Virus record (IMG/VR): IMGVR_UViG_3300037311_000303
Span: 1 to 39,500 of that record
Strand: one strand, 5' to 3'
From: a virus
Taxonomy: Duplodnaviria; Caudoviricetes
Length of the DNA: 39,500 bases
The notes beneath the pieces are model-generated. The model was not told where the DNA came from, searched no databases, and saw only the letters and a list, made by a program, of their open reading frames with translations. A program made the position numbers and the translations under genes. Of this stretch, positions 17,943 through 27,842 are shown piece by piece. The stretch's first letter is position 1; the number at the start of each line of letters is the position of its first letter.

Positions 17943-20900
17943 TCAACCACCGCCACCGCCACCGCCGCCATCTCCACCCCCACCGCCATCGCCGTTCGGC
18001 CCCGAAGCGGGCGCCATCGTGCGCGCACCAATACGCATCACTGGGCCGGTGGAGGTGACGACATCGACATCCATCGTTTCGGCCTGAGCTTGCGCCTGTG
18101 CCTGTTGCTGCTGCAGAGACTGCATCGCCACGCGCGATACGTCCGAGGATTGTTCGATCGATGCGACGGACAGGGACTGTTGGATGTCGACCGGGGCGAG
18201 CCGATTGGCGGGGCTGTCGAGCGGGCCGTGGACGGCGATGAGTTTCGTGCCGTCGTTGTTCATCACCACCGCGTCGACCTGCGGTGTCGGAAATCGATCC
18301 GATTGCGACAGCGCCTGCGCCACCAGTCCGGCGGCGAGCGTTTCTTCCTGGTGCTGCGTGAACGTTCCGGCGGGGATGTTGAGTGAGGTGCGCAACGCGT
18401 TCAATGCTTGCGCGTACATGGCGTGCGCGGGGTGCGCCGACTGCGTCACCAGCGGCGCGGACGGCGCCAGGGCGGGATCGGCAGCGCCTGCCTGCGCCGG
18501 GACATGACCGGGTTGGCGCTCATCGTCGCGGTCGCCCCGCGAGACCGCGCGATGCGTGAGGGCGGGGTCGGCGACGGACGGCGTCGCAGGCGGCGCGTCG
18601 GCGCGCGCGACGGGCGTGCGTTCGGGCTCGGATGAGGTGTCGGCGTCGCGTCCGGTGGACGACGACAAGCGGACAACGGGCGTTTCGTTCGCAGGCTCAT
18701 GCGCCTCGCGGGCCGACGTTGCTTCTGACGATGGCGAGCGGTCCGGGCTGCCCGGTTCGCTGCGTTCCCGTTCGCGCTGCGCCGCCAGGGCGTGATCCAC
18801 CGCCTGGCGCGTGTCCTGGTCCGCGATGCCGGTCGCGGGCAGGCCATGCAGGGTCTGGAATTGGCGGACGGCGTGTTCGGTTTCGGGGCCGTACTGACCG
18901 GTTTGCGGGATCTGCTCGCCGTCCGGCCCGCGGTAGCCCTGCCGGTCCAACCGGGACTGCAGCAGTTCGACCTGGTCGTTGCGATCACCGGGCCGCAGGG
19001 CATCGGCAACGTCCACTGCCGGTGCGCCGGTGGCCGGGGGCATGGTCTGTGGTGCTTCGCGATCGACAGGGGCCGTTGGAGCGATCTCGCTGGCGCGGTT
19101 CGGCAACGGATCGGCCTGTGCGACCTGAGGCGCGGGTTCCGGTGTCGGTTCCAGGTGCCCGGCGGCGGGCGCCGACTCGGTTTCCGGCGAAGTCTGCGCC
19201 CGCTCGGCGGTGTTTGTCGAAGGTGCGTGATCGGCCTGCGCGCGTTCGCGTGCCTGCTGCGCGGCCTCGTCGTCGCGTGCGACCTGCGCCAGGCTCGCCA
19301 CCGCGGCGGCCTACGCGTGGTTCTGCGCCGCAGGGGTGTCCTGCGCGCGCTCCCGTGGCGTCTGCGGCGCGTCGGTCGCCTCAGTGGCGGCCTCGCGCGG
19401 CGTCGCCGGCCCCAGCGAAATCACGCGCACCGTGGCGTCGAGGGTTGCCGCATAGGCGACCTGCTGTGTTTCGTCGCGGGACAGGCCCTCGCGGTTCGCC
19501 TCGCGCGTAGCCTGCTCACGGGCGTCCCGCGCCTCCGGCGACAGTGGGCCGATGCTCCGCTCAGGCGCCGCCTGCATCGGTGTGTCCACGTCGCCCGAAC
19601 CGGATGTCCGAACGTTGGCGGCGAGCGCGATGTCACCCGGCCGCGTCGTGGCGACGACCTGCACCACGCCATTCGCGTCGAGTTTCGTGTGCTGAATCGG
19701 GCTATCGAAGCTGTAGCTACCGTTGACGTCGCGATCCAAGGCGAACGCCGTGGTCCCCAGGGCGATTCCGTGCTCGGCGCGCGTGCGCTGCACGGCCGCG
19801 TAAGTCGCCTCGAACTGCTCCGGTTTGATATCGGGGTTCCAGCGGTTGTCGAGGTACACGTCGCGCAGCAGTGCGCGGTCGGATTCCTCTGGCGTCGGCG
19901 GCTGCCACGAGGGCATGCTCGCCAAGGTCTGCTGGTGGAGGTCGAGCGCCGGCACTAGGCGCTCGCGGGTCAGCTCCAGTTCCAAGGCGCGATTGGCGGA
20001 CGCCACCTCACCCTCGTGCATCCACACGCCCTGCAGATCGCGCTGGTAGTGCTTCCCATCGGAGGCTTGCAGCAGATCCGGGGACAATGCAGCGGCGACG
20101 GCGTCCGGCACTTGGCCGGGATAACCATAGGCCCTGTGTCCGACCTCATATCGCGCGGCGATCGCCGCAGGGCCGGCCTTGAGGTTGTCGTCGATAACCG
20201 CCATCGCCTGCGCACTGAGCTGCGCGGCACGCTCCGGACTCGCGTACTCAGGCTCGGACTCCCAATCGGTCATGTCGCGTCGATCGACACCATTGGCGAC
20301 TTGCCTCGACCAACGGCCGCTCTCCGCGCTGTACGTCCAATCCGTCACTTCAAGATGCGCCGGATCGCTGCCGTTCTTCGGTTGCACGAACGGACTGCGT
20401 GGCTCCGGCGCCTTGCCGAGCGCCTGCTCCGCCGCTTCCACGCTGGCCAGATGGCTCAGCTCGCGCGCCTTGTCAGGCTGCGCCGAAAACGATTGTCGGT
20501 GCGCGACCGACTGGCCATCGTCCACCAAATCGGCGCGCAGATCGTCGCGAATCCACTTGCGACCGTTGAATTCCCACTCGACGCCGGCTGTGTCGGTCTG
20601 GGTGTAGATCTTGTCGTTCTGCCACATCATCACCGCACGCTCGGCCGCCTTGCCGAACACATAGCCTTCGGCGGCGACCAGCACGAGCGTGCCGCCGGAG
20701 CCTGTGCCCAGCGCGGTCGCGGTGGCGGCGCCCGCAACCGTCCCGGCCATTGCGCCGGTCGTCTGCGCCGCTTGGCGCGCATAGGCATCGTCTGCGGCAG
20801 TCTCATTGCCGAGCGTATGCTTGAACACCTGCGCGCGCTGGTGGGTGTCGCTCCACTCGATTCCGGTCAGGGCGGCGCTGACCGCGAAACCGCCGATCGC

Positions 20901-22199
20901 GGCCTTCGTGCCCGCAGACAGTGATCTCGGTGGTGAATAGGGCTCCAGCTCCACATTGGGATTGCGCGCCAGCCTTGCCATCAGGCCATCTGCACCGGCC
21001 TGCTCAGGCGGCGCTACCTGCAGCGTGCGTTCCACCGGGCGCGCTTGCACGTGGAAACGCCGCGCCATGTCGTTCGCAGGTTCCGGCGCCTGCTCGAACA
21101 CATGCACCACCTGCCCCGGCCGCGTCGCATGCGTCATGTCCGGCGTCAGGCGCGTGATCTCGCCCTCGGGATTGGCGCGATCCACCATGCCTGTATATCT
21201 GAACTTCCAGTTGGTGTGCGATTGGTGGACGACGTTCATTCGCGGATCGTCCGTCTCATGCAACCGCTGAAACAGCGGCTGGCTCGACAGCGCGTTGTGG
21301 TAGTCGGTCATCAAATTCATGCTGCGGTCGGCCAGACCGCTGCGCAGATACCAACCCCCGACATCCGCATGCACGCCGGATACGGTCACGCTCAGGAACC
21401 GCCCGTCCGCCGACAATCCCTGCGGAATGATGCGGTCCACCGGAAATGGCTTGCGAAGTTCGTCTGCGGAGTTGATCTGGAAGCCCGACACCACGGACGG
21501 CGGCAGACGCCGGTCGATCAGCTCTTGAACCCCCGTCGGCACCGGGTCGTAGAGCCCGACGGACATGGGCGTGCGACCTGCCGGCTGGTGAAGCCGGCTA
21601 AATGATCGCGTGACATGGCCGCCATCGTCGATCTGCTGGACTTCGGTTTTCAGATCAGGAATGCCACGCTCGTCAATCAGTCGCGCGACCATCGGCACGG
21701 TGCTGGCACCGCGGCTGAAGCCTTCAAGGTGAATGCTGATTTTCGCGTCGGGGTCTTTTTCGTAGATTGTTTGCGCCTGACGCACCAGCTTCCAGTACAT
21801 CTCCTCTGCGCGGTCTAGAGCGGTAGCGCCAGTTCCGCCATCCAGCGAATTGGTGACGAAGTTGGTCTGGGTGCCGGGGCCGGGGACGTATTCGTAACCG
21901 ACATTCCTGACGCCCGCTTCGTTGAGACTTTCGATCTGACGCTTGAGTCTCGCGACGTTGGTCGGATGAAGCGGGTCTTGCGTGACATCGTTGCCCGTCC
22001 CGTCCAGAAGCGCGAAAATCATGTAGGAATGGCGATCCCTCGGATCCCATAGCGCGGGTGCCTTGAACTGGCGCATCTGCTCTGCGGCGCGCTCGAAACT
22101 GCGGAGTTGCTCTTCCGACGCCCCCACATGCGGCACATCGTCATAGGGCAGACCATCTTCGACCAATCGGAAGGTCGTCTTGCGATCGTTGTTTCCCAT
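17943..22199 (-). pseudogene. X-T4SS effector (DUF2235/Tle1-type phospholipase, PG-binding domain, XVIPCD) interrupted by one in-frame TAG at 19311-19313
   Basis: ORFs 19311-22199 and 17943-19301 share a frame (…AQNHA*AAAVASLAQ…). N-part: LLDGTGND, EGFSRGA, GLYDPV, GVHADVGG. C-part: LRPGDRNDQVELLQSRL...YGPETEHAVRQFQ (PG-binding) and HPAHAMYAQ...VVMNNDGTKLIAVHGPLDSPANRLAPVD...EQSS plus a Q-rich tail (XVIPCD). Confidence 0.85.
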
Positions 22200-22212
22200 C
22201 CCACTGGCTCCG

Positions 22213-22749
22213 TCAGTAGGTCTTCGTCCATGCCAACATCAAATCGCGCAGGCTGTCGCTGTTGCGAACAGCAGGATCGCGCGGCTGCTTTAACAGCACC
22301 CATGCGCGCATATACACGTTGATCTTTCGATCACTGATTTCCAGCAGAATCTGAACATCGCGCGCATGATCTCGAGTGCCCCAGTCCTCAACGACTTCAG
22401 CTTCAATGGCCTTATGCAAAATTAAACGTTGAGGGAAAATGGCTTCCAAGTCGATTTCGGCTGAATGATCGACGCCATCAAGCGATGTCCAGCGAACCAA
22501 AACTGGCGGAGGAAAAACTCTGTCGGATGAGACCGAATGTCCAGCCCTCCAGTCATCTTTCCAATCTGAAGCGTAAGGCTCGCCAGTAGGCGAAAGCTCT
22601 GCGTTTTCCGATAGTTGGTTCGTGTTATCGAAAATGACGACGGCGCGCAGCGTGTTATAGGCCCTCGCCCCAAAGCTGAACGAATCGAAGCGCAGCGGCC
22701 ACAATTCGCTGGATGCGTCGTCCCCGTCTTTTCTTCCGAATATGGACAT
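22213..22749 (-). CDS. Putative cognate immunity protein (X-Tfi) of the DUF2235 effector
   Basis: Directly upstream of the effector (13-bp gap), the usual X-Tfi position; WPLRFDSFSFGARAYNT...FPPPVLVRWTSLDG...EIDLEAIF...INVYMRA; lower GC. Confidence 0.7.
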   Translation of the reverse strand: MSIFGRKDGDDASSELWPLRFDSFSFGARAYNTLRAVVIFDNTNQLSENAELSPTGEPYASDWKDDWRAGHSVSSDRVFPPPVLVRWTSLDGVDHSAEIDLEAIFPQRLILHKAIEAEVVEDWGTRDHARDVQILLEISDRKINVYMRAWVLLKQPRDPAVRNSDSLRDLMLAWTKTY

Positions 22750-22891
22750 GTGAATTCATTCCTGCAGTTTGTTGTGTGATCTTGGCGGTGCGGTCAGATC
22801 GGCTTGGCCTGCACCAACGCATTGTCGAACGAAAATCAGCATCTGATTGGTCGCGCGCAGTGAAATTTCACTCGCTTGATGCATATTTCCG

Positions 22892-23077
22892 CTATTTCCA
22901 GATGTTCCGTCCGCCACGACCAGTCAATAGCAAGGCGAGAAAGATCACGCCAGGGATCACGAAGATTGGCGAGGCCACGCCAATCATGATCCCAAGAGAA
23001 AATCCGAATAGCCACATGGCGATCGGCGTTACGATGGCGATCATCAATATGACCCAATATCTCAGCTTCATTGCCAA
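22892..23077 (-). CDS. Small two-TM membrane protein
   Basis: 61 aa, almost entirely hydrophobic (YWVILMIAIVTPIAMWLFGFSLGIMIGVASPIFVIPGVIFLALLL). Confidence 0.55.
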   Translation of the reverse strand: MAMKLRYWVILMIAIVTPIAMWLFGFSLGIMIGVASPIFVIPGVIFLALLLTGRGGRNIWK

Positions 23078-23423
23078 CCATCATTTCATGTCAGCGCGTT
23101 ACATTTCCGTCAACCAGTGCAATTGCACTTTTCCGACGTCTCCAGCCGTTTTTAGCGTTCAAATTCAGCAGAATCCAGCAGACGAAATCCTGCCATGATA
23201 GTACTTGATGCTTTCGCAAAATTCCGACAGAGAGAGGCCTTCGTTGAAGCTATCCCATCGTCAAGAGCAATCACCATCAATGCTTCCTTCATGTCGCGCG
23301 CCGCCCTTCCGAGCCGCCCATTGATTGGAACCGCGTCTTGCAGTCTCACATGAAGAAATACAGCACGATCCCGAACGCGACGCGCGCCCAGAGCAGCACG
23401 ACATCGGCGACGATCTCGACTCT

Positions 23424-23450
23424 CGTCCTGTCGTCCTGGAAACGTCCTTG
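23424..23450 (-). promoter_or_regulatory. Three tandem CsrB-type GGA motifs just after the third CsrA-like gene
   Basis: Minus strand CAAGGACG-TTTC-CAGGACG-A-CAGGACG; the CsrB repeat consensus is CAGGA(U/C/A)G. Confidence 0.5.
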
Positions 23451-23465
23451 CCGGCGAGTGCGCAA

Positions 23466-23867
23466 TCAATGTCGCTCCATTCGCGGGTCGGGTTCCCCGC
23501 GTTGTATCCGCTGATAGATCTCTTCCCGGTGTACGGGCACCTCACGTGGAGCGTCGATGCCGACCCGAACCTGTCGGCCGCGTGCGAGGTCGAACCAGCC
23601 GCCGAAGGAGCCGCTTCCAAACGACACGACGACCTCCTCGCCGATCCGAAGGGAATCGCCCACCATCACGGCGATGAGATATCGTTTGCCGCGACGGTGC
23701 CGCCGACGCGCGGGACTGACCGGCATGTCGCAGTCATCAGTGATTGCGATGTTCGACGGCACAGCCAGCGCGACCGTAAGGTGCGCACGCAGTTTCGAGA
23801 GGATCGTCAGGCGCATGTTGTCGCCGATGCGAATGCTTTCGCCGACACGGCGGTTCAATATCAACAT
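23466..23867 (-). CDS. csrA: CsrA/RsmA-family protein with an internally duplicated domain (paralogue 3, best conserved)
   Basis: N-terminus [23 protein letters not shown]; second repeat [15 protein letters not shown]...[24 protein letters not shown]; 133 aa, about twice CsrA. Confidence 0.9.
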   Translation of the reverse strand: MLILNRRVGESIRIGDNMRLTILSKLRAHLTVALAVPSNIAITDDCDMPVSPARRRHRRGKRYLIAVMVGDSLRIGEEVVVSFGSGSFGGWFDLARGRQVRVGIDAPREVPVHREEIYQRIQRGEPDPRMERH

Positions 23868-23873
23868 GGGCTG

Positions 23874-24251
23874 TCAACCTGCGCGACGGCGAGCGCGTTG
23901 TCGAGGGCGATATGGCGCCTGCCGCACGACCGTCAACGGTGACGGCGAGTCAATTTGCAGGCGCACTTCGCGCAGTGCGCGCGCGTTCTCCATGCGCAAT
24001 TGCACTGCCTCCACGGTGATGCCAACAGGGCCGATGGAGAAAGTTTCGCCATCGCGTAGCGCCAGGATGTGCGCACGCCGCCGGATACCGGACGGGGCGC
24101 TGGCGTGGAACCCGCCGACGCCGCCCAGCTCGTGTCGTGACGCGGCGTCGATGAAGACGTAGAGCGTTTCGCAATCTCGCCCGGTAAAGTTGAGACGAAT
24201 GTCGGCGCCGAACTGCAGAGATTCGCCCACGGTGCAATCGAAGACAGGCAT
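23874..24251 (-). CDS. Divergent tandem CsrA-like protein (paralogue 2)
   Basis: MPVFDCTVGESLQFGADIRL...; second repeat LALRDGETFSIGPVGITV...EVRLQIDSPSPLTVVR; its ATG abuts the upstream TGA. Confidence 0.7.
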   Translation of the reverse strand: MPVFDCTVGESLQFGADIRLNFTGRDCETLYVFIDAASRHELGGVGGFHASAPSGIRRRAHILALRDGETFSIGPVGITVEAVQLRMENARALREVRLQIDSPSPLTVVRQAPYRPRQRARRRAG

Positions 24252-24680
24252 TCAGGTGGCCCCGAAAAGAAGCCGGCCCCCGTCGTCCTCAACCTGCAAC
24301 AGGGGGACTGCAGGGGTGACGGGGGCCGACCGGGGGCCAAGTTGCGCGTCGCGACCACATCGCGCGCAGGCGGGCGTGACGCCGATATGCAGCCACTCTT
24401 CGCAGTCGGCTGCATGGGGGACCAATTCACCGGGGAGCCAGATGCTCACCTCGAAAGGGCCAATGCGGAAGCGTCGCAGGGCTTGCAGCGAAAAGAAGTA
24501 GGTCCAGACCCCGATCGTGCTCGAAGTCGGGCGGACGGACGCGCCGCCCAGGATCAGGTCCGTGCCTGCCGGCACGGTCACATCCACGCAGACCCGCTCC
24601 CCCTCTCGGCGGCGGATCACGATCCGTGTGTTGTCGCCGAGGCGCAGTTCGCGCCCGATTTGGCATGTCTCGACCAGCAT
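24252..24680 (-). CDS. Divergent tandem CsrA-like protein (paralogue 1)
   Basis: Likely start ATG 24680, MLVETCQIGRELRLGDNTRIVIRRREGERVCVDVTVP; second repeat RRFRIGPFEVSIW...WLHIGVTP. Confidence 0.65.
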   Translation of the reverse strand: MLVETCQIGRELRLGDNTRIVIRRREGERVCVDVTVPAGTDLILGGASVRPTSSTIGVWTYFFSLQALRRFRIGPFEVSIWLPGELVPHAADCEEWLHIGVTPACARCGRDAQLGPRSAPVTPAVPLLQVEDDGGRLLFGAT

Positions 24681-24684
24681 CCTG
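24678..24684 (-). promoter_or_regulatory. CsrA consensus site CAGGATG overlapping the start codon of the first CsrA-like gene
   Basis: Minus strand GGTTGCAGGATGCTG; GCA-GGA-TGC can form the typical short hairpin with GGA in the loop. Confidence 0.45.
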
Positions 24685-24779
24685 CAACCCTCTTTTGCCA
24701 CTTACGGCAGGAGGAAAGGGTCGCTCTTAGCGCCAAAAAAGAAAATTGGGAAAATTACGAGGACTATGGGACTAGACGC

Positions 24780-25469
24780 TCAAGCGTCGCGTGGCTCATC
24801 ATCCAGCTCGTGCAGCAGTCCATTGCTATAGATGTAAGGCAGCAAGTCAGAGCCGTCGCGCAGGCCAAGCTTATTCAATCCGTTGTACTTGTGTGTCGTA
24901 ACGGTGCTATAGCTGCGTCCTGTGGAGTCCACAATTTCGTTGGCCTTCGCGCCGCGGCAGAAAGCAACGAGCACGGCCCGTTCGCTGTCAGTAAGTGAAG
25001 TCCAAGCATGCTTGCTCAAGCCGTCAAGGTTGATGTGGCTATCAATGTAGGCTTGGTCATTCGCAACCGCAGCGAAGGCTTTGACTAACTCGGATGTGGG
25101 ACTGATTTTTGCGACATAGCCCAGTGCGCCAGCATCCATGACGGCGCGGGCTAGGAAGGCGCTTTCGTCGGCGGTATAGACGAGCAAGCGCAGATTCGGA
25201 TCGGTTGCCAACAAGGCGCGCACCAACGCGACACGTTTGAGGCGACCGGGCATCACAAGGTCGAGTATGACAATTCGCGGCGAGTTGGACGGCTGGGCAC
25301 ATACGTCAAGCAATGAGGCACTGGTATGAGCTGTCAAAAATCGTGAAGCCACAACGCCGAGTAGATCGGCAAGCATCTGGCCGACGGCAAGAGTTACAGA
25401 CGGGTGGTCGTCAGCGATGATGTACGTGAATTCAGCAAAAAGACGTTCGGGAGAAGTGTTTTGATTCAT
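24780..25469 (-). CDS. NarL/LuxR (RcsB-like) response regulator
   Basis: REC domain: IIADDHP, VILDLVMPG, VYTA, GYVAK. HTH: LTDSERAVL...GRSYSTVTTHKYNGLNKLGL. Confidence 0.92.
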   Translation of the reverse strand: MNQNTSPERLFAEFTYIIADDHPSVTLAVGQMLADLLGVVASRFLTAHTSASLLDVCAQPSNSPRIVILDLVMPGRLKRVALVRALLATDPNLRLLVYTADESAFLARAVMDAGALGYVAKISPTSELVKAFAAVANDQAYIDSHINLDGLSKHAWTSLTDSERAVLVAFCRGAKANEIVDSTGRSYSTVTTHKYNGLNKLGLRDGSDLLPYIYSNGLLHELDDEPRDA

Positions 25470-25705
25470 GGTTGTAGATTCATTTCGACTATGCTGCGCT
25501 AAGCCAGTGCGATCTGTCGCGATACTGTCGTTGGCTTCTTGAACAACTTGAGCGAGTGGTAGGCATAGTTATACTCTACATTGTAGCGACAATGATAATG
25601 TGGAAGTCATGTGGAAAAGCAAAAGAGCGCAATGATTTTCGCCAACTACTCTGATGAAAATCGAGGCCGTACAAATTTTGTTGTTGCGAATATCCAAATT
25701 AAATT
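25470..25705. promoter_or_regulatory. AT-rich divergent promoter region between the response regulator and the kinase
   Basis: Non-coding, AT-rich gap between head-to-head genes. Confidence 0.55.
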
Positions 25706-27838
25706 ATGTCGAATCGCATAGAAAACGCACCTTTGTCGCTCGTGCAGATCGCCTCTTCGCTACGCGACAACGTTCTTGAGGCAGCACTCTCCGGATATCG
25801 AGAACCAGAGATTGCGCGGTTGCGCGTCTATGGTCTTCTGTTCGCGGCAGCATGGGCACTGCTGTGGTACTTCTTAGGGCCAACAAACATTCCGCGCACG
25901 CCTCAGTGGTGGAATTACCCCCAGGCGGTTGCCATATTGCCCCATGTGCTGGTGATGTTGGCACTCGCCCTCTCATGGTGGTTCGCCATTCAGCGTAGGT
26001 GGATTCGATCATCGCATTGGATTGACGCGCTAGGTGCGATCGCAAACATAGTAGGGGTTGCGATCCTGCTGAACCGCGCGTTCGATCTGATGATCGCGTT
26101 CATCTGCTACTTGCCGATCATCTCAATCACCGTGGGCGCCCGGTTCAATAGACCGCTACTTTATGGAACGATTTTAATTTCTGTCGTCGTTGTCTTGACC
26201 GCGCCTTCTGATCCGAACTATTTTGCGATTAGGCCACACTTTGCTCTTTTTGCGGCGACATTGTTGGTGATGATGCCGTTGTCCGTCGTTCGGCTTTTGA
26301 ATATCGTCCGTGCTGTTTCGGAAGTAGCCGTAAGGTCGCGCGATGCACAGTCACAGTTCATTGCGACGATGAGCCATGAACTACGAACGCCACTGAATAG
26401 CGTCATCAATAGCGCCGTCCTGATTGATGTTGAAAAAATGCCCGAAAGCCAGCGGCAGATTGTTGATGCGCTACTCAGCTCTGCAAATGCGCTTCGTCAT
26501 CGCGTCAATGAAGTGCTTGACGTGCGCATGATCGAAGCGGGCTCGTTGTCAATTCTCTCCGAGCCATTTCGGATATCATCGCTTCTCAAAACTATTCGAG
26601 ACATGGCCGAACCGCTGGCACTGGCTAAGAACATCGAGCTTCACGTTGCCTCAGATGAAGTGGCCGACCTGGTTTTGCAGTCCGATGCGACACGACTTGA
26701 ACAGGTGATTACAAACCTCGTCACAAACGCGGTCAAGTTCACGCCGGAAGGTGGGAAAGTAGAGCTTCGAGCAGAACGGGACGGCTTGGGGACTAATGAG
26801 CGCATCCCTGTCCGGTTTTCCATCGCCGACACAGGACCTGGTATTCCTGAAGAGGACCTTGAGAAGATATGGCTACCATTCCATCAGCTTAGCTCCGGTA
26901 GTGCGCGCCGACACGGAGGCGTAGGGCTCGGTCTGTTCCTTGTGAAGTCCATTCTTTCGTATATCAACGGCTCGGTCGAATACGCGCCACGCGCTGGAGG
27001 CGGCAGCCTCTTCATAGTTCGACTGACGTTCAGCCGCGCCGCTCCAGGAGCGCTAGCAACTCCAAACCTTACTTTTCAGGAAGCGGTCGAAGAACATCGC
27101 AAGCACACACCACCAATGCGATGCCTAGTAATTGACGATGCGACCAGCAACCTTGAAACAATTGATCGGCTGCTATCCATCGCTGGACATACGATATCCA
27201 GGGCGCTTAGTGGGAAAGAGGGGCTCGTGATGGCCCGCGAGGGAAGATTTGACCTTATTCTCCTGGATCTGCATATGCCCGACCTTACAGGTAACGATGT
27301 ACTCGGCATGCTGCGGGCAGAAGGCATCATGTCTACGACACCCGTCTACATGCTTTCCGCAGATGCATCGCCTGAAGCAATCAGAGATGCGGAGGCGCTT
27401 GGCGCTCTCGGCTATCTCACCAAGCCAATCAACTACATGAAATTGTTGGCGTTGCTGGAAACCGTTGCAGTCATTGCTAAGCGAGCGATATCAATGGACT
27501 TCGCCGATGATCGGTTGACCGGAATCGCGCTTATTCAGGAGTCTGCGGGCACAGAGTCGGCTAGGCAGTTCGCAGACAAGCTATTCATGGAGATAGACAA
27601 CGAATGCAGATTGCTTCTTGAAGCTTTTGCATCAGAGGACATTCATGGTGCAGCCGATCGAACGCATCGTATAAAAAACTTGTTGCTCAATGCTGGGGAC
27701 ATCAAGGGTGCGGACCTCTGCGAGGGCTTGCGGAACCATCTCAAGCTCGGTGATCTGAGTATGGCAGCAAGCATGATGGAGCGGCTTGTATCGCTCGTCG
27801 ACTCGACGCGCGCGCGCGCGTTAAGCGCGTTGAACTGA
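25706..27838 (+). CDS. RpfC-like hybrid sensor histidine kinase (multi-TM sensor, HisKA, HATPase, REC, HPt)
   Basis: About 5 TM segments; MSHELRTPLN, NLVTNAVKFT, DTGPGI, PFHQ, GGVGLGL; REC VIDD..LLDLHMP..LSAD..LTKP; C-terminal THRIKN (HPt). Same domain order and similar length to Xanthomonas RpfC. Confidence 0.9.
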   Translation: MSNRIENAPLSLVQIASSLRDNVLEAALSGYREPEIARLRVYGLLFAAAWALLWYFLGPTNIPRTPQWWNYPQAVAILPHVLVMLALALSWWFAIQRRWIRSSHWIDALGAIANIVGVAILLNRAFDLMIAFICYLPIISITVGARFNRPLLYGTILISVVVVLTAPSDPNYFAIRPHFALFAATLLVMMPLSVVRLLNIVRAVSEVAVRSRDAQSQFIATMSHELRTPLNSVINSAVLIDVEKMPESQRQIVDALLSSANALRHRVNEVLDVRMIEAGSLSILSEPFRISSLLKTIRDMAEPLALAKNIELHVASDEVADLVLQSDATRLEQVITNLVTNAVKFTPEGGKVELRAERDGLGTNERIPVRFSIADTGPGIPEEDLEKIWLPFHQLSSGSARRHGGVGLGLFLVKSILSYINGSVEYAPRAGGGSLFIVRLTFSRAAPGALATPNLTFQEAVEEHRKHTPPMRCLVIDDATSNLETIDRLLSIAGHTISRALSGKEGLVMAREGRFDLILLDLHMPDLTGNDVLGMLRAEGIMSTTPVYMLSADASPEAIRDAEALGALGYLTKPINYMKLLALLETVAVIAKRAISMDFADDRLTGIALIQESAGTESARQFADKLFMEIDNECRLLLEAFASEDIHGAADRTHRIKNLLLNAGDIKGADLCEGLRNHLKLGDLSMAASMMERLVSLVDSTRARALSALN

Positions 27839-27842
27839 GGCC

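Noticed and set aside
17946-17992. CCACCG-type short tandem repeat
   Set aside because: It encodes the poly-Gly tail of the XVIPCD protein, with no sign of a phase-variable or independent role.
17353-22770. GGA motifs upstream of the toxin and immunity starts as proof of CsrA control
   Set aside because: They coincide with ordinary Shine-Dalgarno sequences, so they are not discriminating without experiments.
23152-23469. 105-aa ORF overlapping the csrA stop
   Set aside because: TTG start, no recognisable motif, and it spans a GC transition; not supported as a real gene.
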